This document shows, in pieces, positions 19,064-31,900 of a stretch of 64,000 nucleotides of DNA (positions within the stretch are counted from its first letter, which is position 1; each line of letters opens with the position of its first letter). The notes beneath the pieces are model-generated. The model ran no database searches, had not been told where the DNA came from, and saw only the letters and a program-made list of their open reading frames with translations. Source of the DNA: a virus. Lineage: Duplodnaviria > Caudoviricetes. The stretch is taken from positions 32,001 through 96,000 of IMG/VR virus record IMGVR_UViG_3300043821_000026, one strand, 5' to 3'. The translations under genes were made by a program, and so were the position numbers.

Positions 19064-21079
19064 ATGACAATTAGAAGCGAACTAATATCACAACTACAAA
19101 ACAAAGGAATGAATGTAGACACATTATTAAATGGAGAAGATAAACAAAATGTTAGTTTATTTAAATTAGTTGATTTAGTCGCTAAAATTCCATCTAAATA
19201 TAATATAGAAATTTCTAAAACTCCTGAAGTTTTATACTCTCCTGATACTATAGATAATTATAAACTAGTACATTTAGAAGAGTTGATACAAAATCTACAA
19301 ATAAGATTAAGTAATACTTTATTAATAAAAGGTATTACTGATATTACTTACATGACTTCATTAACAAAATTAATAGAAAAAATACAATATATTGAACTAG
19401 CTTTACCAGTTACTATAGAAATAGTTACAGCTCCTCAATCTTTAAATATTAATGAACAAAGTACTATATCTGCTAAACTAAGTTCAGATACAACTATATT
19501 ATCTGATAAAACTGTAGTACTTAAATGTGATAATGTTAAAATAGGACCACAAACACAAAAAACAAATAGCAAAGGTGTTGCTACATTCGTAATTTCAAGC
19601 ACAGATGCAGGAACTTTTAAATATACAGTAGAATTTACATCTATAAACGAATATGCTAGTCAAACATTAGATATTAATATTACATATAAAAAATTAACTA
19701 CTACTATTATACAATCTGTACCTGATACAATTCAAGCTTATACTGATTTTACAATTACAGCTACATTAGGACAAAAAATAAATGATGGAACTATTACTAT
19801 ACATATTGGAAATGATAAATATACTGGTACGCCAATTGATGGAGTATTTAGTAAAACAATAACAAAAGAAGTATATAGCGTTGGTACATATAGTATTTAC
19901 GTTGAATGGAGTGGTGATGATACTTATCAACAACTTCAAACAATTAGTAAAACAGTTTCAATTCAAAAAAGTAATAGTTCAATAAACTTTAATCTTAAAA
20001 ATTCAACAATATCATTAGCAAATCAAGCAAGTACAACAATTACTGCAAGTGGAATTGGAGAAATTTATTTATACGATAAGATAAATGGTACTAATACACT
20101 TATTACTCATGCACCAAATTCTGTAAGTGTAACTCGAAGTTTTACAGATGGTACGCATACTATAACAGCTACATCTTCTGGAAATCAATCATATAATGGA
20201 GATACAGCTACAGGAACTATTTATGCTTATACATCGATACCAGTAAATACCTCTCTATCTCCATCACAAGGAAGTATTACTCTTGGTCAATCTATAACAC
20301 TATACGCATCTGTAAGCCCTTCAGTATTAGGTACTGTAACATTTAAAGATAATCAAAATAGACTTAATCAAACTGTAAGTCTATCTAATGGTAATGCTAC
20401 AATTTCATACACACCAGCTAACACTAGTAATAATACATTTTATGCACAATTCAATAATTCGGGTGTATATTACGCCAATAATCAAGCAAATACTTCAATT
20501 AGTATTAACGAACCAATATCATATGCAAAACCTACTTTAAATATTACTTATAATAGTAATGATTTATATTATAAAAAAACATGCACTTTTACTATTACAT
20601 CAAATGTTAGTGGTTTATCATATAGTGTTGATGGTAGTAATATTAATGGTAATACATTTAGTAAAACTTTCTCTTCTGCTGGAAATATTACAATTAACGT
20701 AAAACAAGTAGGAAGTATACAAACTGGAAATACTATATATACCGGAGGTAGTGCCTCTATTACCATAACAATTAATAAATTACCTATATATATAACACCT
20801 ACATCAGATGATTCATGGGTAACAAGTTCTGTAGATAAATATGGTTGGAATTACTATATAAGAGCTACTACTATAGATGGTGCTCCTTTAAGTGGATTAA
20901 CATTCTTTTGGGTATTTAGTAGTGGACATTCTGGCTATGTAACTTGTGATACAAATGGATATATAGGTATTGGATTAAAGGGTACTACTAATCATACATA
21001 TAACTTTGATATAAGTAGAGATGAAGATAATAATTATCTTTATACTAGCTTACATAGACAAATAACAATTAAATATTAA
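19064..21079 (+). CDS. Receptor-binding/adhesin protein with Ig-like repeats
   Basis: Two N-terminal docking motifs (LQNKGM; LLIKGITD...SLTKLIEKI) followed by several Ig-like domains. Confidence 0.65.
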   Translation: MTIRSELISQLQNKGMNVDTLLNGEDKQNVSLFKLVDLVAKIPSKYNIEISKTPEVLYSPDTIDNYKLVHLEELIQNLQIRLSNTLLIKGITDITYMTSLTKLIEKIQYIELALPVTIEIVTAPQSLNINEQSTISAKLSSDTTILSDKTVVLKCDNVKIGPQTQKTNSKGVATFVISSTDAGTFKYTVEFTSINEYASQTLDINITYKKLTTTIIQSVPDTIQAYTDFTITATLGQKINDGTITIHIGNDKYTGTPIDGVFSKTITKEVYSVGTYSIYVEWSGDDTYQQLQTISKTVSIQKSNSSINFNLKNSTISLANQASTTITASGIGEIYLYDKINGTNTLITHAPNSVSVTRSFTDGTHTITATSSGNQSYNGDTATGTIYAYTSIPVNTSLSPSQGSITLGQSITLYASVSPSVLGTVTFKDNQNRLNQTVSLSNGNATISYTPANTSNNTFYAQFNNSGVYYANNQANTSISINEPISYAKPTLNITYNSNDLYYKKTCTFTITSNVSGLSYSVDGSNINGNTFSKTFSSAGNITINVKQVGSIQTGNTIYTGGSASITITINKLPIYITPTSDDSWVTSSVDKYGWNYYIRATTIDGAPLSGLTFFWVFSSGHSGYVTCDTNGYIGIGLKGTTNHTYNFDISRDEDNNYLYTSLHRQITIKY

Positions 21080-21091
21080 ATGAGGTAAAAA

Positions 21092-23512
21092 ATGGATATT
21101 AACGTACATTATGAAAAAAATAATAATTATAATGAGAGCGAAAGTACTGCTCATATTATAATGGATAAAACAGATACTAGTACTCAATTATATACCAATA
21201 AACAAACACCTGATGGTATTTTTATTTCATATAATAGTTATATTATTGTAACAGCTAAAATAACTGATAATGTTGGACAAAATGTAAAATATGGAACTGT
21301 ACAATTTTATAATAATAATCAACCTATAGGAAAACCAGTACTTGTTAATGCAGATGGTACAGCTACTATTAAATATAGTCCAAAAAAAAGAGGTATTTTA
21401 AGTGCTATTTATTTGGATAATGAATATTTTAACAAAAGTACATCTAATACCAAAATATACAAAATGGTAAATATCGATACTGATACTGTAATAACTATTA
21501 AAAATGATAATCAAAGTTATACAGATGCTCCCCAATTTATTGAAAAAAATCTTCCAGTAACATTATATGCTGAAGTTAAACAACTACAAACAAAATATCA
21601 CAAAGAAACAAAAACAGAAACAAATGAATTAATTCCTGTCACAAATGGAGTTGTTACATTTTATTCTTTAGTAAATTTAAATGGTGAAAGTCGAAAGATA
21701 GGTACGGCAAGTGTTAATAATGATGGTATAGCAACATTAAATTATGCACCAACACAAGATTATTTAACAGACCCTAATGACCCAAACAAATCAATATCTA
21801 CAGAATATATTGAGGCAGTATATAATAATAATAGTGAATTTAAATATTATAATCCGTCTTATGGATTTAGTCATATAACAGTTATACAAAATGCTCAACC
21901 ATATATATCAATAGACCCACTATATGGATATGGTGACGATGATTTTAAATTAACTTATAAAATTTTAGATACTAACAAAAATATTATAACTGATAAAGGT
22001 ATTTTGAAAATATATGTCAAAAATTCAACACAAACCTTTTTATATACTACAATAGATAGTAGCGCAACAGATAAAATTTGGAACTCATCAATAAATATTA
22101 ATTTAAAAGATGATATATATCCATTAGGTAAATATACTGCATATATTGTTTATAACGGAACAGCATATAGTGGCGTAGAAAGTAATTACGTTGATTTTAC
22201 AACACTTAAAAAGAATATTAACATAACACCGATTATTAATATAAAAAAATATGATTCTGTTGAGTTTGGTAAACCTTATAGATTACAAGCAAATATAGAC
22301 CAAAAAGATTTAATTGGCGAAACATTATTTTTCTGTATCAATAATAATAGTATAATTAAAAGCTCTAAAATTGAAAATGACGGAACAGCTACATTTGATT
22401 TCTATGGAAGTCCCGGAGATTATATATTTTATGCAAAAGTAGATATGAAACAAATTTCCAATAAAAATGCAGATTATACATTTAATGAATCAAAAAGTTC
22501 TATTTCTACTTTTAGTATATACTCTAATGTTAAGTTAAATCTTAATCCTATTAGTTCACCAAGTGATAGGTTATCATGGAGAGGTAAGATTACACCATTA
22601 GTTACTGTTGAAAACGCATATGGTTCTGGTATACTACATTTAAAAGTAGGTAATTATGAAGATAGTACAACTGATACTTCATTATCATTTGAATGCAAAA
22701 ATTTAGAACCGGGTTCATATAAAGTGAAAGCATGGACAGATGGTAATAATTTTGGTAAAGGACAACCATCTACAATTTCAACTACAATTAATATATCAAA
22801 ACAAACTCCATTATTAGTTGGTTGGGCAGAAGCTAGACAAACTGCTGATTGGGGCAATGCCCCATTATGGTTACATTTAGAAGATTTATATCATGAAGGA
22901 TTTGATTTTGAAAATGGTGGAGGAGAATTTTGTTTTGAGCTTCATAAAAGTGGAAAAACTAAATATATTAAATATTATAATAACAAACGTCCACAGCTAT
23001 ATGATGGTAACAATAATCCACTTAATTCAGATTATTCAGGAAGAATTACTTATGAAGATAATTATGCAAGATTGCCTGTAAATTTAAATGCTGGAAATTA
23101 TTATATCAATTATTACTTTAAAAATAGTAAATATTATGAAGATGTATCTATTACTCATAATAATACATTAATAAGAATAAAGCGTAAAACTTGTTTATTA
23201 ATTAAAAATTATCCTACAAAAACTGCAACACAAGGTGATGATAGTATTCGTGTACAATTAAGTACATTATTACAATGGGAAGCAGTAGATGTAAATTATC
23301 AATATGGTATAGATAACGCTAATATTAAAATTAAATTAGTATTAAGTGGTAAAGAAACTATATATGATTTAACAACACGTGATGGCGGATATGCCGAATT
23401 ACCTATTACATATTCACATAAAGATGGGAGAATTAAAACATATATTACATATAACGGTGATGAAAAATATGAGTCATGTGAATGGAAAGATGAAACAGGA
23501 TTTTTACGGTGA
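21092..23512 (+). CDS. Ig-like domain virion protein
   Basis: GTVQFY...VNADGTATI and GVVTFY...GIATL Big_3-like repeats; GAGGT RBS. Confidence 0.65.
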   Translation: MDINVHYEKNNNYNESESTAHIIMDKTDTSTQLYTNKQTPDGIFISYNSYIIVTAKITDNVGQNVKYGTVQFYNNNQPIGKPVLVNADGTATIKYSPKKRGILSAIYLDNEYFNKSTSNTKIYKMVNIDTDTVITIKNDNQSYTDAPQFIEKNLPVTLYAEVKQLQTKYHKETKTETNELIPVTNGVVTFYSLVNLNGESRKIGTASVNNDGIATLNYAPTQDYLTDPNDPNKSISTEYIEAVYNNNSEFKYYNPSYGFSHITVIQNAQPYISIDPLYGYGDDDFKLTYKILDTNKNIITDKGILKIYVKNSTQTFLYTTIDSSATDKIWNSSININLKDDIYPLGKYTAYIVYNGTAYSGVESNYVDFTTLKKNINITPIINIKKYDSVEFGKPYRLQANIDQKDLIGETLFFCINNNSIIKSSKIENDGTATFDFYGSPGDYIFYAKVDMKQISNKNADYTFNESKSSISTFSIYSNVKLNLNPISSPSDRLSWRGKITPLVTVENAYGSGILHLKVGNYEDSTTDTSLSFECKNLEPGSYKVKAWTDGNNFGKGQPSTISTTINISKQTPLLVGWAEARQTADWGNAPLWLHLEDLYHEGFDFENGGGEFCFELHKSGKTKYIKYYNNKRPQLYDGNNNPLNSDYSGRITYEDNYARLPVNLNAGNYYINYYFKNSKYYEDVSITHNNTLIRIKRKTCLLIKNYPTKTATQGDDSIRVQLSTLLQWEAVDVNYQYGIDNANIKIKLVLSGKETIYDLTTRDGGYAELPITYSHKDGRIKTYITYNGDEKYESCEWKDETGFLR

Positions 23513-23516
23513 TTAA

Positions 23517-25754
23517 ATGTTTTTATCTGAAATTAAAGAATATAATCATAAAATTAATAAATTAGAAATAACCAATAATAATAAAGCTAGTGTTAATAAT
23601 TATGTTATTGCTAAATTTACATTAGATAATATACCTGCAAATACTACCGTTAGATTTAGTTTTAATGAAAATTCTGACTACATTCCTCATCAACAAATTG
23701 GTAATGATTTTTTTATGCAAATTCCAAATGAACTAAATTCTGTGTCATATATATATGTTCATTATTTCCTGAAAGAATTATATACATATGATGGAGATAA
23801 AATTGTTCATGTTAATTTAGATTTAAATACATTATTTAATAGTAATAATAAAGGCGGTACTAATTATTCATTATCAATGAATGATAAAAACTTAAGAATT
23901 GATTATGTTTTAAATAACGGCAATAAACAAATCGTACGTGACCCTAATTGGAAAGATTGTGTATTAGGAGATAAAGAAACTCAAAATATGACAGAAAAGG
24001 GTGAATATCCTTTAGATTCAAAATTTAGAAATACTTTTCACTTCTTTGATATTCCTAATCTTGATTCTAATAACTTATATCGTTGGAAAGTTACGGATAC
24101 ATCATCAATTGCTAAATATAATATTAAATTAGATGCTATAAATATATCAAGCTATGTAATTGATAAAAACGACCCATTAAATATTTATATGCAATATAGA
24201 TACTTACCAAGTAGTTCTAAATCACACGAACATTATATTGGTATGATAGGTGAAGAAAAAGATACCGATTCATTATTATTACATGGTGATAATTTAAATA
24301 TGGTTAATGAACATTTTTCAAATAATACACATAGATTAATATATAGAGATTATCCTACAGATGAAAATACTGCTTTTCGATTAAATAAAGAAAATGATAT
24401 AGGATTTATTTTCAATCCATTACCATATAAAATTAACAATAAAGATTGTTGTGAGATAATTAAAGATGGTTGTGATGATTATTATAAAATTAAATATAAT
24501 GGATATAATGATAAACCAAATAAAGGATATCAAAAAATTACATTAAATCCTGATTATAATTATACATTAAGCTATTATATATACTTACCACATAATACTG
24601 ATGTAAATAATATTGGAAATTATTATTATCTTGAAATTGATGGTAATAAACCTGATTCAACATTTTTAGATAATGATAAAAAATTTAATGGACAATGGCA
24701 TTATCACGAAATAAACTTTAAACCAAAGCAAGAAAATGTTGTTTTGGATATATATGGACCATATGATTTAGATATTGAGAATCCAATGTTTTTATATAAT
24801 ATAATACTAACTAAAGACCCGATATATAATCCATTAATTAAATACAATAGAACTAGTATGATTGTTCAAGAAGAGAGCAGTAGTGTATCTCAACATCTTG
24901 TTGGTAGTTATGCGAAAAAAAATCTTGAAAACGCAGAAGAAACATATACACCGAAAATAAATATACCAGTTCCATTTATAGATGCTTATAGCATACCTGA
25001 CATGAGTAATTGTGTATCTCATTTTTTAGGTAGACAATTAGAGCCACCAACATCAGCACAAAGTGCTAACAAAGATGAAGGAGTATATTGTGCAACTGAT
25101 AAATGTTTATATAAATTCGATGGCAGTAATTGGATTAAAACTACATTAGATTTTTCAAAAATGTTAAATGCAATTAACATTCATACATTAAATACATCTG
25201 AACAAGTTATTAATTCTGGAAATGTTACTATATCTGTTATTGATAAAAGTAATAATGTAGTATGCCAACCAATAACAGCAAGTATTAAAAGTAATGGTCT
25301 ATGCACTTCTTTTCTAAATTTTTCAGAATTACAAAAAGATTCAGAATATTATTTAGTAATGGAATATAATGACCCAATATGTTCTAATAGACAATCTAAG
25401 TCAGAAATTCTTATTAAGGTTATAGAACCTAATATAACAATTACACCATATTTAGATGATACAGTTCTTCCAAATTCTAGTAATTTAAGTACATGGTCTA
25501 TTCCATATCAAAATTTTAATATTAATGTTACTGTTGTAGATTCTATATCAAATATTAATATAACAGCAGGTAGTATGAATTTAGAAATTGGAGATAAATT
25601 AATACAATCTACATTAAGTAATGATAAAAATACATATCAATTCTTTATTAACGTTACTAACGAAAATTTATCTTCAGGGTCATATACTTTCGAATTTAAT
25701 TATATTAATGAAAATACAAAAATTACTAAAACAAAAAACGTAACTATTGTATAG
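23517..25754 (+). CDS. Putative virion protein with carbohydrate-binding-like and Ig-like segments
   Basis: 745-aa ORF in structural operon; YQKITL...YTLSYY...QWHYHEINF resembles a CBM/galactose-binding-like fold. Confidence 0.45.
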   Translation: MFLSEIKEYNHKINKLEITNNNKASVNNYVIAKFTLDNIPANTTVRFSFNENSDYIPHQQIGNDFFMQIPNELNSVSYIYVHYFLKELYTYDGDKIVHVNLDLNTLFNSNNKGGTNYSLSMNDKNLRIDYVLNNGNKQIVRDPNWKDCVLGDKETQNMTEKGEYPLDSKFRNTFHFFDIPNLDSNNLYRWKVTDTSSIAKYNIKLDAINISSYVIDKNDPLNIYMQYRYLPSSSKSHEHYIGMIGEEKDTDSLLLHGDNLNMVNEHFSNNTHRLIYRDYPTDENTAFRLNKENDIGFIFNPLPYKINNKDCCEIIKDGCDDYYKIKYNGYNDKPNKGYQKITLNPDYNYTLSYYIYLPHNTDVNNIGNYYYLEIDGNKPDSTFLDNDKKFNGQWHYHEINFKPKQENVVLDIYGPYDLDIENPMFLYNIILTKDPIYNPLIKYNRTSMIVQEESSSVSQHLVGSYAKKNLENAEETYTPKINIPVPFIDAYSIPDMSNCVSHFLGRQLEPPTSAQSANKDEGVYCATDKCLYKFDGSNWIKTTLDFSKMLNAINIHTLNTSEQVINSGNVTISVIDKSNNVVCQPITASIKSNGLCTSFLNFSELQKDSEYYLVMEYNDPICSNRQSKSEILIKVIEPNITITPYLDDTVLPNSSNLSTWSIPYQNFNINVTVVDSISNINITAGSMNLEIGDKLIQSTLSNDKNTYQFFINVTNENLSSGSYTFEFNYINENTKITKTKNVTIV

Positions 25755-25977
25755 TCATATATATTAAACCATTCTTTTTTTTATATTTTTATATAACATA
25801 TCATTTAATCAAAGAAGTGATTAATATAATTGAATATAACAATTGTTATATCATTTTAATTAATCGTTTATTCAATTAAAACATATTTATTTTCGATACA
25901 AAATATGAAAATAAAAAAATTTTCTTTTTATATAGTACAAAAAATAAAAACTTTTATAATTATTAATGAGGTATTAA

Positions 25978-28900
25978 ATGTTTGAATCTTACAAAACACT
26001 TCCAACGGTTATAGAGGGAACAACTGGGCATAGTACAAAATATGCAACACAGATGTTAACTAATCCAAATAACTTAACATCTACAGATATTAATTTAGCT
26101 TATTGGGGTGTAAAAAGACCTAAATATATGGGAAATTATTTACGAGATTGGCCAGATGCTGTATCTAGTAGAAATGGAAGTTTTTTTACACCAGAAAAAA
26201 TTATAGCAAAAGGTTTTAATAAACCAAGTAATGTTAATGATGATGGTATAATCAAATCAATTAAAGTTATATATAAAATTGGAAAAATTTCTTATTCATC
26301 TAAAACAGCACATGGTACTTTTAAAGCGCCTACTATCGAGCTAAAAAATGGTAATACATCATTAAGTAGTATCAAAGGTCATGCACCTCCAGAAGATGGT
26401 ATACAAAATAATAGTGGGGAAAATGTAAACGCAAAAGAATTAAAAAATACATATACTGAACCTTTTGATATTACAAATAAAATTTTACATATAAAAGATA
26501 TACCAAATCTTACAGTAAGTTTTGCAAATACAAATAATACATCAACAAACCATTGTCGTGTTGTAATGCAATATTTGCAATTAGAAATAGAATATGAAGA
26601 TACACCATGTTTTAGAACTTCTATAGCCTATAGTGGAGATAGGGAAAAACAATTAGATTCTGAATTTAATGTATGGGTACAAGTCGAAGGGCAAAATTCA
26701 ATTAGTAAAAATACTCATTGTGAAATAAAATTACCAACTGGATTAGAATTTGATAGAAATAATATCAAAACACAATATGGAGATGCTAATAATGATGTTT
26801 ATCGTATCATGGAAAAAGATGGATATAATGTTATAGATTGGGAGGTAAATCAGTTAAATGATACTACTGTTGGTACTGATATTGTTGGAAATATTAATAA
26901 AATTGCAACAGCAAAAATATTTATACCAGTTAAAGCTACAAAGACTGGAGAATATACTATATCATCAGAAGTTATGGAATTTGCAGATGCAAATTATAAA
27001 GGAAAAGATTCTCGTAATTTTTTAGTATATAAGACAACTAGAACTGAAAATTTAAGTCTTAAACTTAGTCAACATTTAGTTAATATTGGAGAGAATGTTG
27101 AATTAGATGTATTTTATACAACAAATAAGGGAATAAATGGTACAGTTGGTATTAGAAGTGATACATTTAATGTTAAATGGTACACATATATTAACGGAAT
27201 CGAAACACCGATTGAATTACCATATACAAATAATACATATTATTTTGAAGTCAAAACCGAAGAAGCAACTACTTACGTATATAAGGGTATAGTAGATACT
27301 TCTCATAGTGCAAACGGTAGCTTTTCGGCGTTTAAAAATGATAATACTGGAGCAACAAATACTAATGCACCATCCGTATCACTAACAGTTCAAGCACCAC
27401 TATTTGATAGAGAGAATTTATCATTAACAGTTGAAGATGGTACATCTGTTGAATATAATCATATAATATTTACAAAGGGTGATGATTTAGAGAAACCTTT
27501 AATCTATAAAGAATATGAATTAGATAATAGTCCTGTTAATAAAATACGTATTGAAGGGCATAATAAACACATACCACTTAACCAAGTACAATATGTTACT
27601 TTTGATGTATCTTTACCCAAAGTAGATAATATACAAGATGTTATAAGTTATAAAAATTTATTATTCGAACCTGAAATTATTAATCAAACAGATGGTACTG
27701 TAGATAATATAATTGTTGGCTGTAATTCTGATATTTCATTATTAGATTCAAAATATATAGTATTAAACTCTATTTCAAGCGGAGAAACTAAAGAAATTAA
27801 ATTAGCTGTTCATTCTGATGTTATTAAAACAGATAATATCACATTACTATTATATGGCAAAAGAACCAGAATGGTCAAAGTTACAAACACACAAAAAGTA
27901 ACTGATGATACAGCAAATAATATAGAAAAAACAACATATACAGAATATGAAGAAACCTTTTCAACTCCAGCTAAAGTATTATTTGAAGATTTAGCTAGTT
28001 TAAAATTAAATATTTATAATGAACAAAATATTTATGATTTCACTTATAATATTGATAAATACGGAGATTTATTTTATACACCATTTGATTTAATATATAC
28101 TGTACAAAATGTATCCAATATTGAAGCAAAAAATGTTAAAATAAAAATAAATGAACCTCAATTTTTCAAAATAGATAATGATAAATCAAGTAGTAATTAT
28201 AATCATGAAACAAATATTTGGAACATTGGAAATCTAAGTGTTAATGAAATAAAACAATTAGTTATTACATACACACCAACAAGAAAAGGAATATATCAGT
28301 TTAGTAGCCAAACAATCGATTCAGATAAAACATTTGATGATGATATTTATCAAAATGAGTATAGATGCAATGTTATGGTTGATTATGTTGCAAAAACTAA
28401 TATAGTACAAAATATATCTAACACACAACCAAATGTTAATGAATTACTCGATTATACTATTGAGGTTACAAATAATACAAAAACACGAAATATATTAACA
28501 ATTAATATAGATGATATAGGCAACTTCAATGACAATCATTTAGGTAATCATTATCAAATAGAATCAATTGATTGTGAATATGGTAAATTTACAAAAGGAA
28601 CTAACAAATTAATCGGTACTTGGGTTTTAGAAAATTTAGGTATTAATAAAACTTATTATCTTAATTTAACTTTACGACCAATTAGTACTGGTAGTCATGA
28701 TATTCGTATAACTTCATCAGAGATAGATTATTCTAATACTTTAATTATTAATATTTTAAAAAATAAAGCAAAAGTTAATATGAATGCATATCAAGGTATA
28801 GATTTAAGAACAAATAAAAATACTCCAGCATTATGTACAGATTATACACAATTTTGTGATGATGATTTCCTATCTTTAGGTGATGAATTTGGATATGTGA

Positions 28901-31900
28901 TTAATGTTACTAATAATAGTAAAAATGATAATGATGAATTTGGAGATTTATATTTAGATATTATACTACCTAAAGAATTAAGTGACTGTGTTATAGATGA
29001 TAAATACTTTAACTATCGAGATACTACATATCACAACATTATTACACTTAAAATACCTATACTAGATAAATGTAAAACTAATACTGTTTGCTTAGGTATT
29101 AAACCAAAAACAAAAGGTTCTTTCTCTACATTAATTGTATTATATGGAGATAATATTGACGTACAAACAAAAAGATTAACTATAAATGTTGATGATGTAT
29201 TTCCAGAATATCAACTAGAACATTATTTAAGTATATATAACTTTGAACGTAGTAATAAATATTATACATATCAAAGTATCTATGGAGCAACCGATTTACA
29301 AAAACTATTCCATAAAGGTGATAGGTCACTTCGTATGATTGAAAGAAATCCATATAGTGTCAAAACAAGTGAAACATATACTGGATTTAATTTAAAAGAT
29401 TTATGTTCAGACATTGAAAATTCTCGTTATATTAAACCAGTATTTTTACGTGAAGGAACTAATCAGTTAAAGAATGACTTATACCAAATATATCCTGATG
29501 GATTTATTCGTAGATTTGGTTTATTACAATCAGAGATATATCATAATACTGGAGTATTACCAAAAACAGTTGACATGATTGATAGTGTTATGAAATGGGA
29601 TGTCGACAATTGGGATTCTAAATTATGGGGAGGAGATATTTGGGATAGTGGTGTATTTAAAATTAGTATTGACTATTCTAAAATCCCATCTAATTTTAAT
29701 AGAATTAAAATGCCTCAATTACAAAATATTGTTAATGAAACAAAACCATATGGATTAAAAGGTATTGCATATTATTCTGATACTGAAGAATTTAGATTAA
29801 AAATAAAAATGAAAGATATTGCAACTACATTAATAAATAGCTGTAAATTTTTATTATCAAATATTGATATGGGTATACTTTCAAAATATATATATTCAGA
29901 TGGTAGATTAATAATGAATGATAACTCTGTAACATTTGATATGAATAAAATTAATTTAATATTCAATGATATTAAATATAAAACATATTCTCAAACATCA
30001 AGTAAAAATAATCGTAATGCATTTGGATTATTACCAAAAATGGATGTTAGTGCTTATTATTTCCAAACAAAATATTATCAAAACAAAATATCTGAATATA
30101 ATGATATTTTTAATTTTAATAATTTATCTAAATTTACTTTAACAAAAATCGTTAATAATAAAAAAGATTCAAAATATCATTACAGTATTGATAAAAAGTC
30201 ATATAATATTAATAATGCAAGTAATGATATTCATTCAACTGTTAAAAGTGAATTGATTAAAGACCCATTATTATCAAATGAATATCAATTATTATATGCA
30301 TTCAATGAAGATATAGTAAATAATACTGAATTTGGTGTGTATTTAGAGGATGATAGTGGAAAAAATATATTAAGAGCTTGTAGATTTAGAGATTTAGTTT
30401 CTGGACAAGATGGATTTAGATTAATGTTAAATGATGATGTTTTAAATCTAGTTAATATTAATAATAAAGTATATAGCTTCCAAATATTAGTACAAAGAAG
30501 TCAAGATGATTATTTACATTTCTTTTATATAATCAATAATGAAAACATAGCATATCATTTTGGTTTTTATAAAGATTATAATAGAATGAATAATCAAGGA
30601 GTTTATACATTAAAAACACGTAATATACCATCTACTAATAATTATAATTTTGATAATATATATGTTATATATGATGATTCAGATGTTACAGTTTCATTAT
30701 CAAATAATTATAAGACAATAACAAAATCTAATGATAATTGTATTCAAATTAAAGACGATATTATTTGGGATAATTTTAATAATTTATACAATAGTGGAGA
30801 ATATATTTCTTGTAAGTATTCTAATGATAAAGATAAAGAATGTATTTTAGGTAATAGTAAAAAATACACAAGCCCAATAGTTGCATGTTTTGATAATATT
30901 GATATTGATGATTCAGTACAAATTAAAGATATAGGAATAAAATTAAAGGCAGAAAGTAATAAATCAAACTTTATGAATGATATTGATGCAAGTATTATTT
31001 TAGATGGTAATTCTTACATACCAAAAGACGTTGGAAATAAAATCATTTATCCTAATAATGTTGCAAATATAGGGAAAGAATATTATCCATCAATTGATAT
31101 TGAAGAAGATAATGTTACATATTGTAATAATTGTGGTTCTAAATCAAATGGTATACATTCTTATTGTCCAGTATGCGAATCAACAGATGTTAAATTACTT
31201 ATAAGTACATATACTACTTGTCATCATTGTGGATTAAGTTCTAAAGGCTATTATACATTATGTCCTAATTGTAAGTCAAGCGATGTTACATATAATAATA
31301 TAAACAAAACATCTACATATTGTAATAATTGTAAAGATTTAATTGATGGATATTATGATATCTGTCCTCATTGTAAAAGTTCTGATACAGAAATTATAGG
31401 GGTAACATCAAATATAACACAATGTGATAATTGTGGACGTTTATCAGGTGGATTTTATTCATTATGTCCATTCTGTTTTTCACCAAATGTAGAATATAAA
31501 AATAGATTATCACAACAAGAATATAATTATAAGTTATATAGCAATGACGTAAAATATCCTTTTAACACTATACATTTTGATACAGATATTAATAAAGTAC
31601 AAGTTTGTGATTTAAAAATTAATATGAACAAAGATAGTCTTAATTTAGATAAATTATCATCTATGATATTACATATAAAAGGTAAAAATAATTTAGATTA
31701 CCAATTCCATGTATGTGGGGACTGTAATAATATCGGAGATGGTAAGCAAGATTACTGTTCATATTGTAATTCAGATAATGTTCAAAACTATGGAACTGAT
31801 TTTATTAAATTAATAGGATATGCAGTATTTGATGGTGTAATAAGTAATTTAAATATTGATTCACCTATTATTAATTATGGAGATTTTGATATATCTATTG

